Below, in pieces: positions 14,076-29,380 of a stretch of DNA of 64,000 nt. The position numbers were made by a program, and so were the translations under genes. The notes under the pieces are model-generated. The model saw nothing but the letters and a program-made list of their open reading frames with translations. It ran no database searches and was not told where the DNA came from. How positions within the stretch are numbered: the first letter of the stretch is position 1; each line of letters opens with the position of its first letter. Source of the DNA: Eledone cirrhosa (Eukaryota); assembly GCA_964016885.1 (NCBI GenBank), contig OZ024761.1:9114001-9178000 (forward strand), given 5' to 3'.

Positions 14076-14290
14076 ATATATATATAAACAAATATCTGGT
14101 TGTGGAACCAACCAACCAACCAGAAATTTATAAATTTGTAAATTTATAAATATATAATAAATTAAATTGAAGTGAAAGCAACTGGTGCGTGTGTTTCTTA
14201 TTGGCAACATGACCCTCCCAAAGTATAACAATATCGGTTTCAACACACGATTTCAGATAAAGAATCTTGCTAAACAAATTCAGAAACGAA

Positions 14291-14323
<33 letters not shown>

Positions 14324-14352
14324 TAGATACATATACATATATACACACACAA

Positions 14353-14432
<80 letters not shown>

Positions 14433-14872
14433 GTGTGTGTGAGTGTGTGTATGATGTATATATTATGTGTATTATGTGTGTAGATTTATAGAAATATTCC
14501 ATTGTATCTATTAATAGTTAAAAGAAAATCTGATTTATTTTCTGTTGCAAACGGCAGCCATCTTGGAGTTTGTTTGCAAGTGACGTCAATGTGATGTCAT
14601 TGCTGTAATTTTTCTACATTATTTAAAACAGTTTGTGTTGATTTTTTTATTCACGTTTAAACTTGTTTTACAATGTATCGGTTAATTTGTTTAACTTTCG
14701 CATTATCTTGCTACCTACATGATGTAGATAGATATCAGGGTGTGGGGTGTGTGTTGGACATGTGACTGTTATTTCAGTATATGTGTGTGTCTGTGTGTCT
14801 GTATGTATGTATGTGTGTGCCTGTGTGTTTTCCTTGATCAGCTTTGATCGAGTAAGACTTGTGGTTAATGTG

Positions 14873-16226
14873 TGTAAAGTTAATGGGTATAAAGTTAATG
14901 GGTATAAAATTAATGAATATAAAGTTAATGGGTATAAAATTAATGAATATAAAGTTAATGGGTATAAAATTAATGAATATAAAGTTAATGGGTATAAAAT
15001 TAATGAATATAAAGTTAATGGGTATAAAATTAATGAATATAAAGTTAATAGGTATAAAGTTAATGGGTATAAAGTTAATGGGAATAAAGTTAATAGGTAT
15101 TAAATTAATGAATATAAAGTTAATAGGTACAAAGTTAATGGGTATAAAGTTAATGAATATAGAGTTAACAGGTATAAAGTTAATGGGTATAAAGTTAATG
15201 GGTATAACGTTAATAGGAATAAAGTTAATGGGGATAAAGTTAATGGGTATAAAGTTAATGGGTATACAGTTAATGGGTATACAGTTAATGGGTATAAAGT
15301 TAATGAATATAAAGTTAATAGGTATACAATTAATAGATATGAAGGTAATGGGTATAGAGTTAATGGACATAAAGTGAATGGGTATACGATTAATGAATAT
15401 AAAGTTGTGTGTAAAGTTAATGGGTATAAAGTTAATGCATATAAAGTTAATGGGTATACAGTTAATGGGTACAAAGTTAATGGGTGTAAAGTTAATGGGT
15501 ATAAGATTAATGAATATAAAGTTAATGCGTATAAAGTGTGTAAAGTTAATGAATATAAAGTTAATGAATATAAAGTTAATGTGTGTAAAGTTAATGTGTG
15601 TAAAGTTAATGGGTATAAAGTTAATGGGTATAAAGTTAATGTGTGTAAAGTTAATGGGTATAAAGTTAATGTGTGTAAAGTTAATGTGTGTAAAGTTAAT
15701 GGGTATAACGTTAATGTGTGTAAGGTTAATGTGTATAAAGTTAATGGGTATATAATGTTAATTGGTATATAAAGTTAATGAGTATGAAGTTAATGAATAT
15801 AAAGTTAATGGGTATATAAAGTTAATGAGTATAAAGTTAATGGGTATATAAAGTTAATGGGTATATAAAGTTAATGAGTATAAAATTAATGGGAATATAA
15901 AGTTAATGGGTATATAATGTTAATTGGTATATAAAGTTAATGAGTATGAAGTTAATGAATATAAAGTTAATGGGTATATAAAGTTAATGAGTATAAAGTT
16001 AATGGGTATATAGAGTTAATGGGTATATAAAGTTAATGAGTATAAAATTAATGGGAATATAAAGTTATGGGTATATAATGTTAATTGGTATATAAAGTTA
16101 ATGAGTATGAAGTTAATGAATATAAAGTTAATGGGTATATAAAGTTAATGAGTATACAATTAATGGGTATATAAAGTTAATGGGTATATAAAGTTAATGA
16201 GTATAAAGTTAATGGGTATGAAGTTC
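14873..16226. repeat. Minisatellite, 15-bp unit (ATAAAGTTAATGGGT) with 17-bp variants after ~15750
   Basis: Tandem array visible. Confidence 0.95.
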
Positions 16227-16421
16227 ATGGCTGTACAATTACACTGCCCCTTCACATTACACTATCATCTCCCACTTCCACCTCCTACTATCACCTCCCA
16301 CTGCCACCTTCACTCAGTGTATGTGTATTAGTGTGTCTTGGGTTGTCTATCTAGGTAGGAAGGTAGTTAACACTTTCTCAAACACCAATGCTCATTTCTG
16401 CTTGCAGGCTTCTACTTCGAC

Positions 16422-16447
16422 CACACACACACACACACACACACATG

Positions 16448-16480
<33 letters not shown>

Positions 16481-16561
16481 ATGCACACACACGCACACAC
16501 GCACATGCACACACGCACACACACACTCACATACGCACACACACACGCACACACACACGCG

Positions 16562-16596
<35 letters not shown>

Positions 16597-16640
16597 ACAC
16601 GCACACACACACTCACATACGCACACACACACGCACACAC

Positions 16641-16676
<36 letters not shown>

Positions 16677-17465
16677 GCACACACACACACACACACACAT
16701 ACACACTGACGTACGATCAGATGCATACACAAACAGTTTCCACTGTCATCAACCTGTTTGATGTTCGTTAGAACTACCACCACCACCGCCACCTCTTCTA
16801 CCACTATTACTACCACCACCTCTACTACCACCACCTCTACTACTACTACTACTACCACCACCTCTACTACTACCACCACCACCACTACTATTACTACCAC
16901 CACCTCTACTACTACTATCACCACCACTACTATTACTACCACCACCTCTTCTACCACTATTACTACCACCACCTCTACTACTACTATCACCTCCACCACT
17001 ATTACTACCACCACCTCTACTACTACTACTACCACCAGCACCACTATTACTACCACCACCTCTACTACCACTATTGCTACCACCACCTCTACTACTACTA
17101 CCACCACCTCTACTACTACCAACACCACCAACACTACTACAACTACCACCACTACCACTATTACTACCACCACCACCACAATTAGCACCACTATTACTAC
17201 TACTACCAACACCACTATTACCGCCACCACTACTCCTACCACCACCAACACTACTACCACCACTACCTCCACTACTACTACAACTACTACCACCACTACT
17301 ATTACCACCACCACTACTACTATCACTACTAATACTACTAGTACCACTACTATTACTATTACTACTACTACTACCACTACTACTACTACTATTAATACTA
17401 CTACTACCACTACTACTACTACTACTACTACCACTACTACTACTACTACCACTACTACTACTACT

Positions 17466-17519
<54 letters not shown>

Positions 17520-17532
17520 CACTACTACTACT

Positions 17533-17588
<56 letters not shown>

Positions 17589-18412
17589 CACTACTACTAC
17601 TACTACCACTACTACTACTACTGCTGCTACTACTACTACTACTGTAGAAGTCGTGAATCACACATGAAAGAGTAGTAGGAAGAGCAAAGAATATTAAGTC
17701 ATCTAGTATTTTCTGCTGCTACTCCTTCATATCAACTGGTTTATCTAAATATTTGCTTTTCTCCCCTCTCTCAATCTCTCACTCTCCTCCTCTCTCAATC
17801 TCTCAATCTCTCACTCTCCCCCTCTCTCAATCGCTCACTCTCTCACTCTCCACCTCTCTCAATCTCTCTCTTACATTCTACCCCTCACTCAATCTCTCAC
17901 TCACACACTCTCCCTCTCTCTCAATCTCTCACTCACACTCTCTCCCCCTCTCAATCTCTCACTCACAAACTCTCCCCCTCTCTCAATCTCTCACTCTCTC
18001 ACTCGTCCCCTCTCTCAATCTCTCACTCTCACCGCCTCACTCAATCTCTCACCTCACGCACCTCTCCCCCTTTCTCAATCTCTCACTCTCACACTCTCTC
18101 CCTCTCTCAATCTATCACTCTCACACTCTCTCCCTCACTCACTCTCTCACTCGCCCCCTCTCTCAATCTCTCACTCTCACCGCCACACTCAATCTCTCAC
18201 CTCACGCACTCTCCCCCCTTTCTCAATCTCTCACTCTCACACTCTCTCCCTCTCTCAATCTATCACTCTCACACTCTCTCCCTCACTCAATCTCTCACCT
18301 CACACACTCTCCCCTTCTCTCAATCTCTCACTCACACACTCTACCCTCCTTCACTCTCACTCACCCTCAATATCTCACTCACTCTCACACACTGCCCCTC
18401 TCCCTCTCTCTC
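16422..18412. repeat. Consecutive simple repeats: (CA)n, (ACT/ACC)n at 16772-17643, CT-rich ctctctcaatctctcact array at 17760-18412
   Basis: Visible periodicity. Confidence 0.95.
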
Positions 18413-18738
18413 TATTACACAGCTCCTACATAAGCTTGATCTGCTACTAATAGCAGCGAAACGCCTTTAGAAATGAAGGAGGCAATCGGAAAAACAAAAA
18501 GACGAGATGGTCATGACTCGATTGTCGTTGATCATATGTCTCCTGTCAGATCAGGGGCTGACCTAGGGCTAAACATTAACAACCACTACCTGTGACTCAT
18601 ACAAATGTCTCATCTTACCGCCCCCCGCTTTCCATCCACTCTCTCTCTCTCTATCAAAGTATCTATCGCTCTCTCTCTATCTCTCTCTCTCTATATAAAT
18701 CTATCTCTCTAGCGACTTATCACCCTAGGGATAGTCTT

Positions 18739-18791
<53 letters not shown>

Positions 18792-18896
18792 CCCCTCTCT
18801 CTCTCTCTCCCTCTCTCTCTCTGTATATATATATATGAAAGTGAGAGATAACGAAAGAGATATACAGATAGATTGTCAGATAAACAGGTAGATACA

Positions 18897-18956
<60 letters not shown>

Positions 18957-18961
<5 letters not shown>

Positions 18962-19097
18962 AAGTTTAACCCCGACGGCAGAGCTCAAGCCGTTTAGACG
19001 GCCATTTCTGGACTAAATTATCCACTCTACTACCCTAAGTATTGAGTACTCTGGTGCGTTATGGCCCATCAGGTTCCTTACCACATTGCCTTTGTTA
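18957..19097. mobile_element. Family F1 copy with inverted segment and internal deletion
   Basis: accccgacggcagagctcaagccgttt..ctggactaaatt joined to tccactctactaccctaagtattgagtact. Confidence 0.75.
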
Positions 19098-19147
19098 TAT
19101 ATATATATACACCCCCCCCTCTCTCTCTCTCTATATATATATATACT

Positions 19148-19189
<42 letters not shown>

Positions 19190-19195
19190 CTTCTA

Positions 19196-19308
<113 letters not shown>

Positions 19309-19309
19309 T

Positions 19310-19355
<46 letters not shown>

Positions 19356-19356
19356 C

Positions 19357-19399
<43 letters not shown>

Positions 19400-19400
19400 C

Positions 19401-19433
<33 letters not shown>

Positions 19434-19454
19434 GAGAGAGAGAAAGAGATAGAA

Positions 19455-19549
<95 letters not shown>

Positions 19550-19846
19550 TTAATAGATAGATATATAGAAATAAAGCAACAGATACACACACACGCTCAC
19601 ACATACAACATTTCTAGCTCTCAGTCACACAGTGACAGTTAGACATTTTAGTGAATGTGTCTGTGTGTCTGTGCCATGTTCTATCTATCGATCTATCGAT
19701 CTATCCCCTCCATCTAACAAGTGGTATTAGTGCTATATGCATCGATGTAACTTTCACGATCTGTTGTCGCTTCTTTAGCAATTTCAGCTGACATCAATTC
19801 AGTCTCGTATTAACATCGTAACACCATCATCACTGTTAAACACACG

Positions 19847-19929
<83 letters not shown>

Positions 19930-19976
19930 TGTATGTATATATATATATATGTATGTATATATATATATATATATTA

Positions 19977-20027
<51 letters not shown>

Positions 20028-20035
20028 TATGTATG

Positions 20036-20066
<31 letters not shown>

Positions 20067-20083
20067 ATATATATATATATATT

Positions 20084-20156
<73 letters not shown>

Positions 20157-20188
20157 GAAAGGTATAGAAATTGTTTTAGCGATAAGCT

Positions 20189-20302
<114 letters not shown>

Positions 20303-20379
20303 TATATGTATATATATGTATATATATGTGTATATATATATACATATATATATATATACATATATATACATATATATAC

Positions 20380-20410
<31 letters not shown>

Positions 20411-20519
20411 TATATATACATATATATACATATATATATGTATATATATATATATATATATGTATATAATATATATATATACATATATATATGTATATAT
20501 ATATATATATGTATATATG

Positions 20520-20551
<32 letters not shown>

Positions 20552-20569
20552 CATATATATATATGTATA

Positions 20570-20606
<37 letters not shown>

Positions 20607-20719
20607 ATATATGTATATATATATATATTTGTATATATGTATATATATATATATTTGTATATATGTATATATATATATATTTTGTATATATGTGTATATA
20701 ATATATATATATATTTGTA

Positions 20720-20750
<31 letters not shown>

Positions 20751-20765
20751 TTGTATATATGTATA

Positions 20766-20796
<31 letters not shown>

Positions 20797-20801
20797 TTGT
20801 A

Positions 20802-20840
<39 letters not shown>

Positions 20841-20883
20841 ATATATGTATGTATATATGTATATATATATATATATATATGTA

Positions 20884-20955
<72 letters not shown>

Positions 20956-20964
20956 GTATATATG

Positions 20965-21109
<145 letters not shown>

Positions 21110-21138
21110 GTATGTATATATATATGTATATATATATG

Positions 21139-21214
<76 letters not shown>

Positions 21215-21217
<3 letters not shown>

Positions 21218-21430
21218 GATAAATCTACCAAGAGTTTACGGTAGTGTCCAATCCGTATGAAGAACTCAATGTATTCCGGATATCATGGAAAGAAGAGATG
21301 TAATGAAAAATCACTTTCGGTGAAAGATAAACGGTATACAGAGTCAAGATAAAATATTAAACAAATAATGAATAAACAATTCCTTATATTAAACAAAAAA
21401 AGTTCATTATTTAACGATCGTTTCTAGGAT
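21215..21430 (-). mobile_element. PLE-type tail beginning with a 3' half-hammerhead (cctaGAAAcgatcgTT)
   Basis: Shares cctagaaacgatcgt with the Naiad HHR at 32707-32721. Confidence 0.55.
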
Positions 21431-22230
21431 ATATATGTGTTAGAATTGGTATGCATATTCAACAGATCTATGTACAAAATTATACAAAATTATACAAATT
21501 ATCAAGATTAAATATACATACCAACACATATATACGCCGTCTTCAGAAATAATGAAGTATATTTATTGATAATAACAACAATTCAAAATTTCAGGTCCGT
21601 TTGGGAACAAAATTGACCAATGAAAACACAAAGGGTTAAATGCAGTTCGGTGTGTGTATATACATGTAAAACCCTTACACATATTTTACAAAAATGTATG
21701 TATAATTTGTATACGCATACTCAAAGGATGGATGCAAATACAAAATTTCAAGGTTAATGTCTCTGTAAGTTTATAATGCACAGATAAGATGCGTATTGAC
21801 ACAAGTATGAAATTAAGTATATAAATATATTTTTTTTCATACTCACACATATCCGTACAATCACACATACACGCGCGTATATGCATAAATATACACATAA
21901 CCACGAACATACAAACACACACACACCCCCACTCACATTTATATATGTGGATATAAAATCATAAGCACATGGATATTAATTCACTCACATAAAACACTGG
22001 CACACACATTTTTAGATCAAGATACAGAAATTAGGTGGGAGGGGGGGGGGGGAGGTCAGTATTCAACGGTCTGAGCAGACTGCCTAATATAGATGTATCT
22101 ATAAACTAAGAAAATAAAAATAAAAAATAATAAATAAACATTAAAGAGGAAAGAATAGAAAGAAAAAAGAAAAAAGAAAAAAGAAAAAAGAAAAAAGAAA
22201 AAAGAAAAAAGAAAAAAGAAATATATCAAG

Positions 22231-22275
<45 letters not shown>

Positions 22276-22484
22276 CATATATATATATATATATATACAC
22301 ACACATATACATATAATATACATATATATACACATAGACACACACACACACATACATAAATATACACACATATACAAACACATACATACATATACACACA
22401 TCCACACTAAGAACATACATACACACACATATATAAACATATACATATACACACATACATACATATACACATATACATACAAAT

Positions 22485-22555
<71 letters not shown>

Positions 22556-22871
22556 TATGTATATACACGTACATATACATACACATATACATATAATCAC
22601 ACATACTATATAGACACACATATATATAACCACACACATACATGCACATATACAACACTTACATACTAATATACATACAGATATACACATACATAGCTAT
22701 ATATACACACAAATATATACAGACTTACATATATACATACAGACAAATACTTACGCATCTATATATCGGTATATACATACAAACACCACTACACTATCAC
22801 ACAACTTAGAAATACAAAGGGAAAGGTATATACCTATACACACATACATATACAAATAGAAAAACATATAG

Positions 22872-22902
<31 letters not shown>

Positions 22903-23187
22903 TATATATATATACATATATATATATAACATATATATATATATATATATACACATACATATACACATACACACACATACACATACACACACATACATAC
23001 ATGTACACACACATAGAAATATATACGCATACACACATACACACATACATATAAAGTCATACACACACAAACACCTACACGAACATACACATACACATAT
23101 ATAAAGATATATATACACACACACACACACACAACACATACACACATACACATATATATAAAAAAAATAAATAATAAAGATATATAC

Positions 23188-23240
<53 letters not shown>

Positions 23241-23587
23241 CATATATATATACATACACATACACACACACATACATAGACATACATGTACATACATACA
23301 CGTACATCGATATACATACATATATATATACACACATAGACATATACATACATACACACACAACTTACATACACACATATATATACATGTATATTCATAC
23401 ATAGAATTAGATATATAATCATACATACATATGCACTTACTTATACTCATATATACAAATACATACGCATCCATATATGCGTATATACATAAAAACACCA
23501 CTACAACCTCACCTAACTCAGACATACAAATAAAAATAAAAAGGCATATGTATATACATATATACACGCATTAATAGAGACATATAT

Positions 23588-23632
<45 letters not shown>

Positions 23633-23880
23633 CACACATACATTCATATATATATATATATATAGATACCCACACACACATACCACCATAAATACACATA
23701 CAAACACCCACATATACATATATATACACACGCATATATATATATACATATACACACACATAAAAAACAGACATGCACATATATATATATTTTTTTACAC
23801 TTATATATACACATATTATATACACATACACAACCTCACATATACACACATACACATAAGTTATATTATAATAATATAAA

Positions 23881-23917
<37 letters not shown>

Positions 23918-24002
23918 CATATATATATATATATATACATATAAACATATACATACATATATACACACATACGAATATAGACATATAATCACACATAGAC
24001 AC

Positions 24003-24045
<43 letters not shown>

Positions 24046-25580
24046 TACGTATACACAGACACATATACACACTCACATATATATGTGTGTGCACACACAC
24101 ATATATACACACATACACATATATACACATAAACACATATATGTGCATACATGCACACACACACACATATATCACATAGATACGAAGATAGACATATAAA
24201 TAGAGAGACATACATATATATACACAACACACAAACACACACATACATACACACACATATACACATACATATATATATATATATATATATTTCTATATAT
24301 ACATATATACATATATATATATATATACACATATATATATACATACACATATACATACACACATTCACATACACATACATATATACATGCATATATACAC
24401 ATATATACATACATACACACACTCATATATACACACACAATCTTACATTCATATTTGCATGCGCATATATGTATTTTTATATTCAGATATAAATACCCAA
24501 ACCTATATAGACACCTACCTACATATATATTCATACATACACGCTTACAAATACAGATGATAATAGTATGGGGGAAAGGGGGGTTTGGAGAAGGGGATCA
24601 TAGTAAATATATGTTTCAAGAAACATAGAATATTTTCCGTATCTTGATCCAATGTATGTTTTTACATAGTTTCAGTGTTAGGAAATACAATAAACAAGAA
24701 CTAAGGCAAAATCTATGCATCTCAAAATAAACAAGTATACCATTAATTATATGTTAACTAAACCAAAGATAGTTAACATATTGATTTCTAAGGTGTAAAT
24801 TAGTTAGGTTTATAATATTTGAAGCAGAATTTTGAAGTTAAATAGTAGTAGAGTATTAATTATAGTATAACTAAATTAAAGTTAATAACGTTATGGTATC
24901 AATATTAGGAAATGAATTTAGTAATAGGGAAAAAACAAATAAAATAAAGTATTACATCGGTAGTAGAATATAAATTATAGGTTAACTAAATTAAAAATTA
25001 TATATTTATTTCTATAGTATATGTTAATTAGGTATATAATACATAAAACAGATATTGTATTTTATCAATAGCATAATATAATTATATGCAAATAGACATC
25101 AAAATTAATACATATACATATACATATACATACACATACATATATACATATATATACACATATATATATATATACATATATACACATATACACATATACA
25201 TACACACACACATACACATACACATATACATATACATATCTTTTTCAAAAAATTGCATAGAATATATTAACTAGGTATATATCCAAAACACATCCCATTC
25301 TATGATTACATGACTTTCTGCAATTCGTCTGTATAAGGATACTAATTTTAAGCAAATTAAAATTAAATTTTTAGGTTGATTAAAATTAAAACCAAATTAT
25401 AAATATATTTCTAAAATGTATATTAATTAGGTCTATAATACTAAAAATTATTTCTCTGTCATTGGATACACGATATTATTTTGTTATATTTTATCTGTAA
25501 AAGAATTATAATAAAAGGTTTAAATAAATTAAAATTAATCTATAAATTAAATTACTAAGTATATATTAGTAATATTTTAA

Positions 25581-25674
<94 letters not shown>

Positions 25675-25706
25675 ATATATATATATATATATATATTGTA
25701 TATATA

Positions 25707-26057
25707 TGGTGGCTGCCAACTCGTTTTCGAGTACGGCCACCACTTTACATCCATGTAGGAGAACCCCTACCGATGCACTCTGGTACAAACACTACACCTG
25801 TGACAATTATTGACACATAGTGCTGGGCCCATGGTACCATGTGACGACAAGTGCAGAGAGATCTCCAGATATAAAGCAATGCCTGTGCCGTGAAGCTTTT
25901 ATAGTGAGCAAAGGCACTGCACAAAGCCAGTCCCACTCTCTTAACCAAGATGATATTTACCAAAAAGAAGAACAAGTTAACATCATTGGATACCATCAGG
26001 GTTGCAGGTGTTATATCAGAGTTTTCCTTCTCCTAGAATTCTGCCCTGACAAAGGCC
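25707..26057 (-). mobile_element. Non-coding dispersed repeat, probably RTE-derived; second copy 50825-51245
   Basis: Two highly similar copies; minus strand has ctaggagaaggaaaactctga, recalled as an RTE-type 5' UTR motif; both end in (TA)n. Confidence 0.6.
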
Positions 26058-26063
26058 ATCCAA

Positions 26064-26094
<31 letters not shown>

Positions 26095-26153
26095 TACAGA
26101 TAGATATATGCATACATACATACACACACACTTGTATATACATACACACGGCT

Positions 26154-26224
<71 letters not shown>

Positions 26225-26325
26225 GAGGACTGTATGTATGTATGTATGTATGTATGTACGTATATGTATATGTGTGTATGTGAGTGTATATCTGAACTTG
26301 GTATTTACAATATTTTATACTTAAT

Positions 26326-26505
26326 AATTGTTTCTTCTTTTGGCACAAGGCTAGCAATTACCCAGTGCATTACTGGTACTTTATTTTATCGACCCCTTAA
26401 GGATGAAAGACAAAGTTACCCTCGGCGGGATATGAACTCAGACCATAAAGGGTCATAACTCTATGCTGCAAAGCATGGCGTTCAAGCCTCTAACCGATAC
26501 TGGTA
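26326..26505 (-). mobile_element. Meta/MESC-core tRNA SINE
   Basis: Homologous to 3373-3552. Confidence 0.75.
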
Positions 26506-26966
26506 ACCCTGATGATAAATTATACTTTTTTCCACCTGAACCTTTTAGCCAACCCTCGTAAAATGGATTCAAAGAAAAATTGAACCCTCTTCTTAACTCT
26601 TCGTAACAGAAGACAGAATCTAATTAACTCTATCACATTATAAACTAGAGTAATTAAGACACAAAATGGCCGCTAATACAACGTTAGAATGACACTGTAA
26701 TGTTGATACATTCTTTGCAATAAATAGATACAATATGTCGTTAATTATTTAAGCAAGTAATAAAATAGAACTACAAAGGTCATAAGAGGTTCTAGGTTAA
26801 TTAGAAAGAATTGTTGTGTAGTTTATTTGATTACCTTTTCATTCAGTGCTAAGTCTATTTGGAATAACAGTTCCAAATGTGCAGAAACAACAGAGACGGA
26901 GAATGTCTGTAAGAAGGATTAGGATAAACGAGAAATAAAATGTTATTTTTAATAAACATTATGGAA

Positions 26967-27893
26967 TGTTGTGATGTGATGTGATGTTGTTAAGATATGA
27001 TGTAGCTGGTGTTGTGATATAACTGTTGTGATGTTATTATGTAACTGTTGTGATGTGATGTTGTTAAGATATGATGTAGCTGGTGTTGTCATATAACTGT
27101 TGTGATGTTGTGAAGCAACTGTTGTGAAGCAACTGTTGTGATGTGATGTAGCTGGTGTTGTGATGTAACTGTTGTGATGTTGTGACGTAACTGTTGTGAT
27201 GTTATTATGTAACTGTTGTGATGTGATGTTGTTAAGATATGATGTAGCTGGTGTTGTCATATAACTGTTGTGATGTTATTATGTAACTGTTGTGATGTGA
27301 TGTTGTTAAGATATGATGTAGCTGGTGTTGTCATATAACTGTTGTGATGTTGTGAAGCAACTGTTGTGATGTGATGTAGCTGGTGTTGTGATATAACTGT
27401 TGTGATGTTGTGACGTAACTGTTGTGATGTTGGGACGTAACTGTTGTGATGTCCTGATGTTATTATGTAACTGTTGTGATGTGATGTTGTTAAGATATGA
27501 TGTAGCTGGTGTTGTCATATAACTGTTGTGATGTTATTATGTAACTGTTGTGATGTGATGTTGTTAAGATATGATGTAGCTGGTGTTGTCATATAACTGT
27601 TGTGATGTTGTGAAGCAACTGTTGTGATGTGATGTAGCTGGTGTTGTGATATAACTGTTGTGATGTTGTGACGTAACTGTTGTGATGTTGGGACGTAACT
27701 GTTGTGATGTCCTGATGTTATTATGTAACTGTTGTGATGTGATGTTCTTAAGATATGATGTAGCTGGTGTTGTGATATAACTGTTGTGATGTTGTGATGT
27801 TGTTATGTAACTGTTGTGATATGATGTGATGTAACTGGTGTTGTGATATTGTGATGTAAACTGTTGTGATGTTGTGATGTTGTTATGATGTAA
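26967..27893. repeat. TGTTGTGATG-based minisatellite with higher-order blocks
   Basis: gttaagatatgatgtagctggtgttg recurs about seven times. Confidence 0.92.
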
Positions 27894-27997
27894 TATGTAT
27901 ATATATATATATATTTATATGAATATATGTTTATATATGTTTATATACACATACACACACATATATATATATGTATGTATATATAAATATATATGTA

Positions 27998-28041
<44 letters not shown>

Positions 28042-28059
28042 TATATATATATGCATATA

Positions 28060-28121
<62 letters not shown>

Positions 28122-28219
28122 TATATATATATGCATATATATATGTATATATATATATATATAGAGAGAGAGAGATAGAAAGATAGAAAGACAGGCAGAC
28201 AAATATAAATATATATATG

Positions 28220-28250
<31 letters not shown>

Positions 28251-28332
28251 TATACATATATATATATATATACTGTATATACATATATATATATACTGTA
28301 TATACATATATACTGTATATACATATATATAT

Positions 28333-28907
28333 ATTGTTATATTTGGGGAGGGTCATATTTGCGTAATATTGCCAGAATTAATAACAGAACACACTCACTG
28401 TTTGGTTGGTTTTCGCTTCTCGCTGTCTTTTATATATATATATCTGCGATCTAACCTACTCGGTCCTCAATGTTGCCATTGACTGACCGGCGGTCAAAAA
28501 TAATACAGATACAATATAGACACAAACACATATATATAGTTTACATAATTTACATAAATCTTTCGTTGCACATCTGCAACATCGTCAGTGGTGTTATATT
28601 CATTGTTCCTCCTGTTGTGTTGTATGTCTACGCCATTTTTTTTTTGTTCGGTCTGTCTATATATTTATTTATTTATTTGCTTGTTTGTTTATCTTATTTT
28701 ATTTTGTCTTCTTTGCGCATGCGTTTGCGTGTGTGTATAGTGTTATGTGTGATGTGTGACTAGTGTGTATAGTGTTGTGTCTGCTGGGTGACTAGTGTGT
28801 GTTTATGTGCTTGTGTATGTATTTATTTATCTTATTTTATTTAATTTTATTTACTTATTTATACTTCTCTTAGGTCAGTGTTGTTTGTTTGGGTGTTGTT
28901 GTTGTTC

Positions 28908-28910
<3 letters not shown>
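28333..28910 (-). mobile_element. Family F6 PLE-type 3' fragment with hammerhead at 28550-28593
   Basis: CTGACGA-t-gttgca/gatg/tgcaac-GAAA; homologous to 4704-5180. Confidence 0.7.
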
Positions 28911-28954
<44 letters not shown>

Positions 28955-29002
28955 TGAGATTCTACAGGACTAGAACTGTTTCATTCTTTAGAAATCATCA
29001 GG

Positions 29003-29051
29003 GATTCCTGATGATTTCTAAAGAATGAAACAGTTCTAGTCCTGTAGAATC
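29003..29051 (+). ncRNA. Type I hammerhead ribozyme (F4) in fold-back 28950-29136; mirror copy 28958-29006 has a disrupted stem I
   Basis: gattc-CTGATGA-tttctaaagaat-GAAA-cagttctagtcctg-TA-gaatc. Confidence 0.85.
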
Positions 29052-29134
29052 TCATCTATATTAAAACTTTTATACTCTGCAATGTATTGAGTACCTTACT
29101 TACTGTGGTTACCTCCGATTCAACCCGGAATAAC

Positions 29135-29177
<43 letters not shown>

Positions 29178-29218
29178 CGAAACATAAGTCAGTTGCATGA
29201 ACTCATAATCCTTTATTT

Positions 29219-29274
29219 ACTGCTATATATATTTCGATGATAGCCATTGAATGGCTATGACCTCATCAGGCAGT
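29219..29274 (-). ncRNA. Type I hammerhead ribozyme
   Basis: actgc-CTGATGA-..atagccat/tca/atggctat..-GAAA-tatata-TA-gcagt. Confidence 0.85.
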
Positions 29275-29333
29275 TAGTCAGTTCTTAGATATGCCAGCTC
29301 TGTGTTTATAGTGTTGATGGTATCAGAGCCTTG

Positions 29334-29379
<46 letters not shown>

Positions 29380-29380
<1 letters not shown>

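Larger units (their letters stand above)
13718..14290. mobile_element. Family F5 fold-back: ~255-bp arms, 7-nt loop at 13973-13979, longer 3' tail on the right
   Basis: Arms are reverse complements (the ORF track shows the same peptide on both strands). Confidence 0.92.

Noticed and set aside
16758-17675. Thr-rich mucin-like ORF
   Set aside because: (ACT/ACC)n repeat that changes frame, with no flanking domain, signal peptide or supported splice sites.
24635-24705. Possible GIY-YIG relic on - (VYCIS*H*NYVKTYIGS)
   Set aside because: Two stops and no further motifs; could be chance in AT-rich DNA.
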